DNA of 63,990 bases, counting the filler, from Catajapyx aquilonaris (lineage: Eukaryota), in NCBI GenBank assembly GCA_000934665.2. It is 3 parts of 3 records of this genome, joined end to end, with 100 filler letters (N's around TTAATTAATTAA, not from the genome) between each part and the next. Parts side by side here need not be neighbours in the genome. Positions count along the whole stretch, not along the records: positions 21,414 to 42,712 come from JYFJ02006086.1; positions 42,813 to 63,990 come from JYFJ02006117.1; 1 more part is not named here. One strand, 5' to 3'. This document shows, in pieces, positions 37,180-49,300 of the stretch (positions within the stretch are counted from its first letter, which is position 1; each line of letters opens with the position of its first letter). Both the position numbers and the translations under genes were made by a program. A model generated the notes under the pieces. It saw only the letters and a program-made list of their open reading frames with translations. It did no database searches and was not told where the DNA came from.

Positions 37180-37419
37180 ATGAATGACAATGTGTACTGT
37201 CTTGTGAGATATTGTGGTAAGTTGTATCCAGGACCGAAGGTTCCCGAGCCTGACAGCAAAGGAGAGACAGCAGTTTCCGCCATGGTGAAGAAGGGAAAGT
37301 ACTGGACCTGGACAGACCCTACTGACGTGATCTGGTATCGGACATATCAAATTATCAGGGAAGTAAGTCCCCCAAAACATGTGGGTCAGAGTATGTACCA
37401 GGTAGACATGAAAAAGTGA
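37180..37419 (+). mobile_element. Probable DNA-transposase C-terminal module remnant
   Basis: YCLVRYCGKLYPG...VSAMVKKGKYWTWTDPTDVIWY...IIREVSPP follows an acidic linker. The motif is familiar from transposon-derived proteins; family not assigned. Confidence 0.4.
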
Positions 37420-40400
37420 CTGATTTGTGAGGTACTGGTACTGTAGGCCTACCGTATGGCAATTAAACACTTTTAAATGAACTTGTTTTCCTCGTTTTCT
37501 ATAATGATTTTCCGCCCTCAAACGATGATTTGCAGAAGGCGTACTAATATTGAGCAACAAGGGAAGGGAAATTCGTGGGTAAGGAATATTGGGAAGGTTT
37601 TTAGCAGTAGATACTTACTTAGTAACGATAAAAGCAACGACAAGAATGTGCCGAATTGAGTTTATCATGCATATCAAAGGCAGAAAAGAGGGTGGCCCAA
37701 TGTTGTGCCCAACAGGGGAGCAACTTCGTTCCAACTTTAAAAATGTGGGAAAGAGATGCTACGAATTATTATCTTCACATGAAAATACTTTACTGCTGGC
37801 ATGGAGTAAATAATAGTGTCTGCTCTGCATGTGTTGTACTTAATGCAGTTATTACCATTACAACTATAAAAAAGTTTGGCGGTCTGGCTAGATGCGCAGG
37901 AAACAACATGACCAATGAGAACATCTTACAGGAGTCATGTCCAAATCTTATTTGTAATGCTCATTCAACTTGTTTTTCTGCACCAGCACAAAAAAAAATG
38001 TCCTGTATGATTTTAGCCCAGCAAAGGAAACATGACCAACCAGCCCATGTGAATTTTCCATTTTGTATCCTCACACAGGCAGGAACAAGGACGTCCAGTC
38101 ATGTCAAACAATGGCAGCAACCAGGCCCATGGGTCTTCTTCCCAACTGCTACCCTCACGTTGTCCCCGCCAGTACCCCGCAAGGGATCTCTTGATGGTTG
38201 GGGGATTGATGCCCTTCCCTTCCCTCCTTCCCACAGGCCTCCTCATCATGCCGTCCATCAGGTCCTTCCAAACAAGTCACATACAGAAACTTTGGCTTTT
38301 CCATAACAGACACATGTGATTCACATGGTAAGGTTGGTATGTTGCTCCATTAAATTTGTGCTTTTTCAAGCAAATGCAACTATATTGAATTAGGCAAGCT
38401 GTTAATATGTTTGAGTGGGTAGGAGCCACAGCAACTGTGGCTATGTGGCTATTAGTAAACCCACAGCCGGGACAAAAATAGGATAATAGAGAGGAAAGAC
38501 TGGTATCCCAATTTGTCTGTCCCCTACCCCCTATTTTCTCATAAAAATAGGGAATGATTGGAGATTCTGGCTTCCTTTTAGAAGATACAATGATGTTGCA
38601 GACTCCTCTTGCAAGTTCAGTTTAATGTAGGGTCAGAAAGAAGGCAGCCATTTCAGTGATGCCCATGATGACCCATTGCCAAACACCAAGGTGCTGCTTT
38701 TCCTTGCCATTCCAGAACAGAGTGGTCCTTGGCCACCTAACTGCCATCAACATGGGAGAGTCACCTGCAGGACTTCTGCCTCAGGATTAAGGGCTTCATA
38801 AGGCGATGATTGTCTGGGCACCTGAGAATGGAAAGAGCGTCTTTTAAAAAATGCGTAACTTCACAGTTCAGCAATTGTCATTATTTCAAGTTCATGCACA
38901 ATGTTGTACCACATTTCCACATGTAGAGAGGCATGCCATAAGATTAGAATGATAAGACACTTCCGGTATTTAATGTGATTGTTTTTCTCACACTCAACTT
39001 TATGCATAAATATATGCTTCTAATTCTTTATCAACATACACTGAATGCCAAATGACAATCCTTTGTCTTACGAGGGGAAGTCAGATAGTAAGTTTCGCGA
39101 TGCTATACATAACACTTAATCATAAGTACATCTCATTCATGATTACTTTTCAACTTCCATTGAATACATAAAATCTTAGCATCGCAAACATGTTCGTTAA
39201 GTTTCAAACAGCTTAGAGAAAAATGACCATGTTATCTGAAGAAGTATTGGGCAATAAATTTTGACATGCTGAGAATGATAAGCAATATCGACTGGACTGG
39301 ACTGATAAAGAGTAAATATGGCCAATACCTATTAATTTAAGACCTATTTGTCATAGTTGATCTGTTGACGGACAGCCCTGACCATAAAGTTGGAGGCGGC
39401 AGGCCCTCCTCTCTGCCATTACAGTTATCAAATATACGGTAATAAATACATGAACACACACCTAAAGCAGCTAACTCGGCCTAAAATGAGTCCACTAATT
39501 TGAGTTGGATAAAGATAGGTCAGACACAGCCCGCAGTGTCTCCAATTTTACGCTCTGGGGTGTACAACAGCACACCTAATAGACATTATGGCCATAATGT
39601 GCTGATTTTTTAAATCATAGTTAACTTTCACATAATTATTGTATTTATCATCAGCTCTATTAATATGGACTTAGTAAGTTTTATTTACAGTCGCAGTTAC
39701 TGGCAATATTCATGCCTGGATTAATCATTTAGACATATAAATGCAACAACACGTAAAGTACGCATAATTTGTACTGTGACATACCTAATCGTCATGTCAC
39801 AAGCATGATTGCTAGTTTAAATTCTGCTAAGCAGGGCTTTAAACATATGAGCAAAAAAATGTTTCCCATTATTTCAGTTTATCTTGCAACTGCAAAAAAT
39901 AGACCTGAAATTATGACACATTTATATAAAATTGCCTAGTGCTACATTCAACAAACTTCCAAAAAATTGTCATATAGTGTGACACGTGACAGTTACAAAT
40001 TTATACTGTTCATCACTATTTGTCTGATCAAAATCAAATTAAGTCTAACAAGACGTCAAGTTTGATTACAACTTTAAAATTATGTAGGAAAATATCCATG
40101 TACAATGTCACAGGTGAGCATGGAACAACCCATTAGCAGTACCATGTTTTACACCTAATGTTGATGGCTGCCTCAAATGTCTATCCTTCCATGTAAAAAA
40201 TTAATGAAATAATTTACTGATTCGTATTTCTAAATTAAACAGGGGCCTCAAGTGCAGTGCTACATTGCCTTTGCCACAGGGGGTTTTTATGCAGGGGTAT
40301 GGAAAAACTAGTGACCAAAGTGTATGGTGACTATTTCTAAAGTCAGAGGAAGACTTGCTCTTTCATATGTATATCTCAGTTTCAGTTTCTCTAGTAAAAC

Positions 40401-41436
40401 TTTTGTATTAAAAAGTCTTCAATTACTTTCTGATTCTCCCTCGTAGTTAAGCTGCAGTGAAAATTAAATATTTCCCATCAATTTTATAAGTTGCATTTCA
40501 TTCCCAAAATGTCAAGAAAATTACAAGTAATGTGTAGCCAATTATATTTCTGCTATGCTTTTATGTGATCACCATCACTTAACCAAAAAATAATACTTTA
40601 TCCTTCCCAAAAAGTAAAAACATCCCAAACGGAAGCAAATCTTGTGTAAATAAGCAATCCTAAGCATGACAAAATTAGTGGCGGGGAAGTTAAATAGCCC
40701 CCCCGATGCGTAATGTGTCTTCTGATAGGCTGAAATCACTGTAATGTATTTGATTCTAATTTTCATGAAAATATCGATATAATATCGATAGTAGGGCCAA
40801 CTATTGAGTACTAAATATATTGCTGGGGGAGATATCGATATATAGAAACATGGATACTTTGTTGAAAAGTCCAGTCTCTAGGTCAAGCCTGGAAAAAAGA
40901 GGGTCACACATGCCATGGGATGTGTGACCCTCTTTTTCCCCATTCCCCATTCCTCCGACAAATCACTGGTTGCAAATCACTGCTTACAAAGTAGCAGCTA
41001 CATGCAATTTGACGATAACTGTTCGGACAAGAAAGTTGAAACACCCTGTATATTTTCGCCCCATACAATGTCTCAGCAATGTACATCGCTGACCAAATCG
41101 CTCACATATAAATGCAGCTTTAAGATTTGCTTGCTGCTGCCTGGCACTATACAGACGATGGTAAAATTTGTATGCAATTGTATTACAATGTATGACCTTT
41201 CTCCTAAAAGTATACAGCTATTAGCTAAAAATAGCAAACATTTGCACAAATCTCAAGTTACGAAGCTCTTGCCTCACACTGAGTAATTGGAAATGCACTG
41301 CAGCCAGGCATGTCCATCGCTCATTTCCCACCCCATAACAAAATGTGAGCTATCTCACAATCAGTTTGAGTTGGTTAGGTAAACTTAAGTCTATCGCGGT
41401 GGCAGTCATTTCTAAATTATTCAAAAACATTCATAG

Positions 41437-41773
41437 GGAGATGAAGTGGCGCAGCGGTAACGCGTGCGCCCATGGATACAAAGGTCCCGGGTTCAATCCC
41501 CACCCGGGGTTCCCACCTTTATTCGTGCAGAGTTGGGCCATCTCTGGCTTCATTTCGGGTGGAAATTTCCTAAAGACTAATCCACCCGGAGGAGTTCACA
41601 AAATGACCACTCTACGACAGCGCACATGCACTTTGCACATCCCCTCCCACCTATCCTTGGAGTAAACTAATAAGATCCTTCTTAACACGCTCCAACAAAT
41701 CCCGATGGTGGTAATCCACCCCGCCAAAGGAGTAAGTAGCTCCCCAAGTGGGGTAATGAAAAAATTAATAAAT
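41437..41773 (+). mobile_element. tRNA-derived SINE
   Basis: A box TGGCGCAGCGG, B-box-like GGTTCAATCC, A-rich tail. Confidence 0.6.
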
Positions 41774-41867
41774 CAATCAAACATTCTACGCAAAAGGGAA
41801 ATCACCGGTAAATTATGTACATGATAAGTCAGTTTTACATGTATGTTGTGAGCCTGAGCTGTCAGTA

Positions 41868-42193
41868 CAGTGCTGGACATATTATCCGTCGCTGAATGTT
41901 TTTTTCCGGCGGAGGCATTACCTGGGAACCCTGTGCGGCAGGCCAATTCAAACATCAGCCCATGGAGAGCGCTTCCATTGTTGCCACTGTTTACAAATCA
42001 AGTGAGTGACGCGGACGACCCAGCGACGGGTCTCTTCTGCCTGGGCACTCACTCACTCGATGTGTAAACAGTGGCAACAATGGAAGCGCTCTCCATGGGC
42101 TGATGTTTGAATTGGCCCGCCGGATGGGGTTGCCAGGTAACGCCGCCGCCGCCGAAAAAAAACATTCAGCGACGGCCAATGTGTCCAGCACTG
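41868..42193. mobile_element. Palindromic MITE (family P)
   Basis: Same TIRs, TA flanks and core as 15006-15342. Confidence 0.85.
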
Positions 42194-42712
42194 TACTTAT
42201 CCACCATTCCAGTCCACTATTTTGAATCTACATCATTCAGATCACTTTTCGCAGGGCACATACTTCCATTATCTGTTGTCACTTACACAGTAAAAAAAGT
42301 GTCGGAATCATTAGTGCTGTAAATTATGCCTAGTCCTTGTCACATGACCTGCAGCCACCACTTTTTCAAAAGTGGCTCGAGAAAGGGAAAGATTGCCTTT
42401 TTTTCCCCATTATTCTGAGCCAGCGACTTGGACAGACCAAGCCTATGACTATAAACTAAGTTTTATCATAACTAAGGGCTAATTTCAGGAATGTTCTTGG
42501 TGTAATGTAAAAAGGCTATCCCAAAAATCTATCCCTCGCTCGCTCCAACCTGGTTTGAACAAGTGCGCACTACCACTGAAGTCACATGCACTGGCGCTAC
42601 TACCCTTCACTGCGATTCGCTCTGTTTGCCACAGTGGCTCACAACGCCATCCAGTCGTCCACCAGACCAGTCCAGCATTGTGCCTATGCCTCGCTGTGGC
42701 CATTTCACCCCC

Positions 42713-42812
42713 NNNNNNNNNNNNNNNNNNNNNNNNNNNNNNNNNNNNNNNNNNNNTTAATTAATTAANNNNNNNNNNNNNNNNNNNNNNNNNNNNNNNN
42801 NNNNNNNNNNNN
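42713..42812. other. Artificial contig linker
   Basis: Identical to the linker at 21314-21413. Confidence 0.95.
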
Positions 42813-42864
42813 TAGGTGCGGGTCAGAAACCCCCCACCGACACCGCGCCTCCTCAAGGACAGGA

Positions 42865-43036
42865 CAAGGATAGGAAAGGAAGGAAGCGGCTGTGGCCTAT
42901 TTTACGGTATGATCCCGGAAATTCTTCCTGGGGCGACCTTGGAAAACCACAGAAAACCAAGGTCTCCGGGACTCGAACCCAGGACCTCCCGATTTGCAGT
43001 CGGATACCAAATCCACTCCGCCACTACTGCTTCGGT
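42865..43036 (-). mobile_element. tRNA-derived SINE, same family as 5258-5488
   Basis: Shares GGAAGGAAGCGGCTGTGGCCTA, CCACAGAAAACCA and the A/B-box head ending in TGCTTCGGT on the + strand. Confidence 0.75.
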
Positions 43037-46000
43037 AATTAGGCAGATATCGCTTTTATGTACTCCTCCGTCTCTCATACTCTGCCTAATTCTTCCCAGC
43101 CCCAACGCACGAATGTTTTGAATTAAATTTGATTATCACTATCACACATCCCTATGACACGAACCAACCCCCACCTATGGACTTGTTTCTTACTTTTAAT
43201 CTCACCCAGAGGAAGAATAGTTTTCTGCAGTTTTACTGCCTATTTTTCTTAGGCAGGACTCCCTTCTAAACATGCACCGCAAATGCCTGAGGGAATTTAG
43301 GAGTTTTTCGGAATTTTTGAGGGGCAGCGACCTGTCTCAAGACTGTCCCCAGGTGATGTTCCTAAAGTAAAACTGGAATGCCACCAGGTCACCATCAGTA
43401 TTGTGCAAATCCACAATCAACCACTACACTGTGCACTGGAAGCAAAATAATTGCAGGGCGACAGCTCTGGGCCTTATAAAAATGTGTCTAATCAATTAAA
43501 ATCAAAAATCGTCCATCCAGATTTTGCCTACATCTCAATATAACATTTCAATCTTCATTTTAAGCGCAATTCAAAAAATTTTTAAACGGTCCATCGATGG
43601 GGAAAATGCAAATCTAACATTTGGACGCCGTCTTTAATTCGAAATGTTGCTTTTTCACACATATGTGTTCCACCACCTGAAGGGGTGTTGAAATAGCTTA
43701 CAGTCCCATTAATCACATTTCGGATATGTTACAATCTTGCGAAGTTATGGCCCTCCAACTGATGGCGGACCGAGCCAAAATTGGCAAATATCCGTATCTT
43801 TCCCACCCTGTAGTTATGCAACCACAAGTCGCAGGGACAAATAAAATGAGGCACTTGCATAGATACATGGGTACTACAACATACTCGGTTTTGGTCGAAA
43901 TCGGAAAAGATTTGTCGGGGAGGGGGGTCTAGTTGACGTGGAATGCCTCATATATTATTTTCTGGATAACCATGCATGACCCAGGCCTCAAACTTCACAT
44001 ACTGAATCTTATGTTGGTCACAACTAGGGTCCCCAGAATATGACTGATATAATGCAAATACATCACTAATATATTGTTTAGGCCACAATTCTTGGGCATG
44101 TGACTGACCAAGTGACCAACAAAATGCTATAAAAAAATTATTTTCACATTTTAGAGGAAAGCTAATTCCATAGGTGGGTGGTTCCATTTCAGATCAGCCA
44201 GTGAGTGAAAAAAGGTGTCAGGTCATAGTCATCGATTTTTTTGAAAAATTTATATGTGAAACCCACATCGAATTGAACTCTTATGGAACAATCAGTTTTA
44301 CCATATTAAATTTAGTTATCGAGATATAAATATTTCTATGAAGGGGTACCAAAATCACAAGCACGCGAAGACGCACTTTTTCCCGCTTCTTCCATTGCTT
44401 TCAATGAGTATATCTCGGGAACTGTTCTGAGAACCAACATGAAATTTTTAACTCATGCTTTTGGAATAACACGCTGTTATGTAATGCATAAATTTACCTT
44501 ATTTAATGGTACAGTCACCTGCAAAAAAATCTCCAACATTGCATATTTTGGTCAAAATTCGCATATTTCGCAATTTATTACGGCGTTATGGTAAACGTGA
44601 CGGTTATGCCGATTATATTTTGTGATATACTCGGTGACCCCCTCCAGGCTATGAAATAAAACCTTCGTTAGCTCCGCATGTAGTTGAGATATGCGAGTTG
44701 ACAATATGGCAACAAGCGAAAACATGCATACTTCAAAAATTATTTTCTCAAAAAAGCCATTTTTAATATTTTATTTTTATTTTTTTATTTTACAAGGAAA
44801 GGCATGGTATAAAATTACCTGGTGTAAAAACCCCGTATATATTTTTTATACGTGAGATATAAATTTTTGAAAAGTCACAACTTTTGTAATTGTGCTACAA
44901 TATGCACACTTTTTAAAATAAATATTTTCTCGAAGAAACCATTTTAAATATTTTATTTTTATTTTTTTATTTTATAAGGTCGGACATGTTATAACATTGT
45001 CGTGTAAATGTGATCAAAGTACAATTTGCGCCTGTAGAGAGGCAACCACACATCAGCGGACCAAATCCTTATGCGAAAGGTTCTAACCTGGACTTAAACA
45101 TATCTCACACTTTGACACTTATCGACAGTCAAATTTTTTCGTGATAAAGGTGATCACGTTCACGTGGAATTGCCCATCAGGGGACCAAATTTATTTGGAA
45201 CTATATTTCTAGATATACTAAAACTGTAACTAAATTAGCTATATTATTAAGTGAATTAAACACAAAGGACAAGCGTACACTACCTGAGACATGAAGACGG
45301 ACCTAGGTGGGCCTCTCCTTTTCATTCTGCGGGAGTGGCCCCTAGCGCAGTGCTCCACGTCAGTACCTATAGCTCCATAACCATAATTATCATATTCCAA
45401 AATTCCGTCCGTATCACTGATAGAGGACACTGTGAGGTGTATTTTGATATCAATGTGATGACATTTGACTTTGGCCCCTTTTTGAAAATGTCATATGTTT
45501 GCGAAAATGCCGATTTGTGACATGAATTTTCACAGCTATCGGAAAGTGACTTTTTATGTCGAAAAGAGGAGACAATTTCACACAAAGCGTATTACATCAT
45601 GCATTTACGTTGTCATGTAAATGTAATAGGGGGGCGCCTCTAACTGTGATCCAAGTGCAATTAGTGCCTCTAGATAGGCAACCACGCATCAGCGGACCAA
45701 ATCCATAACTTGACCTGGACTAAAAAATATCTCACGCTCATCGACAGGCAAATTATTTCGTGCGAAAGGTGATCACGTTCACTTGATCACTTGATTCAGA
45801 AACACCCCGAGTAAACCATTACAAACATTAAAACGATATATCTCAAAAGCTGTGCCTGACAGAAACCTTCTAAGCAGATATTCCGATTCAGCACAGTAAT
45901 TACAATAGGAATCACTATTCACATCTTCAGAAAATAGACAAAGGTGTAATTTTGTAGGCCAGTGTAATCTCCTCACCTTGTATTTTTAATGGCCTTAACG

Positions 46001-46348
46001 TGTACAACAGGCATTGTGAAATCAGTTATCTCCCACGTATTGAACAATATGCAACTGCAAACAAATAGGGTCAATTATACAACGAAACTAGGTGTCCTAC
46101 CAATGTGCTACAAGTCAGGATAATGTCATTTGGTTAGTCAACAGAAGAGCACTTCTACTTTCTTCTAGTGTGAGCTCATTATGTTCGACAAATGCAAAGT
46201 TCTACATATGTCTTAAAGAATTCCTAGGAATCTTCTGATATAGAGAAGATCAATGGCATGAAAAAAAAACACAAGTCATGCAATTTGCAATATCTTTTGT
46301 GAGAAGCTAATCCTGATGTCGCATTTTTTTGTTTGTAATTTTGTGCAG

Positions 46349-49300
46349 GACCTTCCCCAGCCTACTCCAGTGCAGTGTTCGATACCCAACCATTTGTTTG
46401 GCGACTTTATGATGGTGCTGGAGTTTATGCACTGTTTCTCAGAGTTGCCGGAAATGAAGGATGTCTTCCCAAATGGGTTGTCATTTGATGTGCTGGAGCA
46501 GAGCCTCGTGAAGACGGAAGATGGTGGGCCACTTTATGACGTCCTACGTCTGCTGCTTCGCTCCATCTTTGCCATTCAAGAGGATGAGTTTGAAGCTGTT
46601 GTGGAAACCAAGGACCAAGTTCCAGGTGAGCTTTCAGTCGTGCCTAATAGAATTGATTGAAGAATGTTAAAGTATAAATATATTACGAATTGATGATATA
46701 AGTTGAGGGTGTTTTTCCCCTGGAGAAATGCCTTTTTCAATTTCTACAATTAATGTTGCAATTGTTAATCTTGTAATGCAATTAAATGTGCCCTATTTGT
46801 CAGTTTTAGTGAAGAACATGCCAGTGTTTAGGGTAACATCTTTAATTTCATTTAAAAATTTACAAATAAAGATCCTTTATGTTCCAATCACTATGATCAT
46901 TATTTGGAATATGGAAAAATGGCAACCACACACACACACACACATGTTTGCACGCCATAGGCTGTGGGGACATGGCTAACACAACTTTTGAAACCTAGTT
47001 TATCCTAACATGACCTAACCTAACCTAACCTAAACTAACCTAACCTAACCTAACATACCTAACCTACCCTACCCTAACTAACCTAGGCTGAGATAAATGG
47101 TTTTTAAACAGACCCAATTGTGGGGACATGTCCCCACTATGTATGTACCAAACCGGTGAACTCAATTGTGGGAACGAGAAATGTCCCCACTATTTGAACA
47201 TGTCCCCACAGTTACAGTGAAAAGTCCCATTTCCGTCCCCATAGCTAATTGAAGACCCGTACACACACACACACACCCACACTCCTTGTCCTGTATTAGG
47301 TGTGGGGACATGGCTAACACAACTTTTGAAACCTAGTTTATCCTAACATAAACTATGCGAACCTAATCCACCCTAACCTACCCTAACGTAACCTATCCTA
47401 TCCTACCTAACCTACCCTACCGTAACTAACCTAGGCTGAGATAAATGGATTTTTTTAAAACCCAATTGTGGGGACATGACCCCACTGATGCAGTGCCAAA
47501 TAGCGTGTGTGACTTGTGGGGACCAAAAATGTCCCCACAGTTACAGTAAAAACTCCCATTTCCATCCCCAGAGCTTATTGAAGACCAGGATAATCACCTG
47601 GCCATAGGCACACTCTGTATATATCAGATACTAAATGCACTTATTGTGGTGGCTCAATGGCCTTGGCATATTATCATGATTGCTTTTTTGTGTATCAGAC
47701 TTGGACATTTTTGAGCTGAATGATGATGTGACTGTGACCGATGCAATAAAGCTGGCCACTGCTGCAGTCACTTGGAGCCTTCTACACCAGGGAGTGCCAC
47801 TGAACAAATTGGCCCTGGACCCTATCACACTAACCGAAGTTCTTCGCCTGCATCTCCTGTCATCTGGTGGGAGGTGTGGACGTGCTAACTCCAGTTTCAG
47901 ACTACGAAGGAGAGGAGGATATACCAGTACAGATGATCCAGGGCTGCACCTGAGAATGGAGAACCCGCACCTCCTTCGAGCCCTCAGTGTTGGGAATGTC
48001 TATGAGTTCTCCACTGGTGAGTTGATTTAAGTGTGCAGCAAGGTGTTTTATGTTTTAGTTCTATGGCCCATACAATGAATACAATGAGTAAAATTGGAGC
48101 TATACACGCAATGACTGACCGGTAAATTAGTAGCTCAGGAAAGTTGAACTTTTAAAATTTCATTCTGAAATCTGGCCAGGTGAGACTAAACAAAATATGA
48201 CATCCCTAGCATTTGCGGTTGCCCCATGCATTCTTCCCCCCTCACCTGACTCCAACACAGCATCCCAATAATGATTTTGGCCTTTTGACGTGAATACGTC
48301 TTTAAAATCGGGTCCGTATAGAGGGGGGGCATGCAGGCAAACTCAAGCGTTACAGAAAAGCGTTACAGTCAGGGCCCTGCCAGGGGGCCCCGCCAGGGGC
48401 CCCATGGCAGGGCTAAATTAGGATCCGCATAGGGGGGCATGGAGGCAAACTCGAGCGTTACAGAAAAGCTTTACAGTCTATTACAACAGAGTCTACTATA
48501 TCCGAGTCTACTATATCCTAAGTGGCGTGTGAGTGTTATAGTGAGGACCCATAGTGAGGACCCTGCCAGGGGGCCCATGGCGGGGGCATGCAGGGAAATT
48601 CTTAGGAGGGTCACCATGAGTGTCCAGACCGGTCCAGACTTTAGGGTCCCCATGCATGTGTCCAGACTTCAATACTGATAATGAGCAATCAATTCACTCC
48701 CCCCAATACTGATCCGATTTTAAAGACGTATTCACGTCAAAAGCTGCGGCTTGTGTTCCCGACACTATCTAATGTTATTTTTTTGAGTAGTTAAAAATGT
48801 GCAAACCTACACCAACAGGATATCTGGTGGTTCCCTCTGAATGAGTATGCATAATAATGCGTTACAGTCGAATCCCTTTGTAACGAATCCAGACATAACG
48901 AAAATCCTCTTATAACGGATTTTTTTTTTGTGACCGTCAGAGGCCCCATATAATCCCATGTTAAAAATATCCGCTTTTAACGAAAGGATTTTCAGTTTCG
49001 GTTCGCATATAACGAAAAAATTCGCTCCGCCAGTCCCACCTCTCGGCCGAAAAAGGGCAGAAGTTGGGAAATTGGGCCATAAATCACCATCTGTGTGTTC
49101 CAGATTCAACCTTTTTTCACACATTCCGTCCAAAAGTTGATAATTTGGGGTCCTAATGGAAGAGAGAGAATTCTCTGGGAGGGGGGAGGCCAGTCGGCCA
49201 GTGACTCAGAGCTGCCAATTGGATTTATTGCTAGCACGTGGGGTAGGAGGCATGTGGTTAAAACCTGGGAAAATTCACTGGAAATTTGAGCAGCAAAGCG

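Noticed and set aside
37656..38306. 216-aa ORF as a gene
   Set aside because: Non-ATG start, no recognisable domain and no convincing splice structure.
47010..47090. True telomere
   Set aside because: Short, degenerate, intronic and part of a duplicated element.
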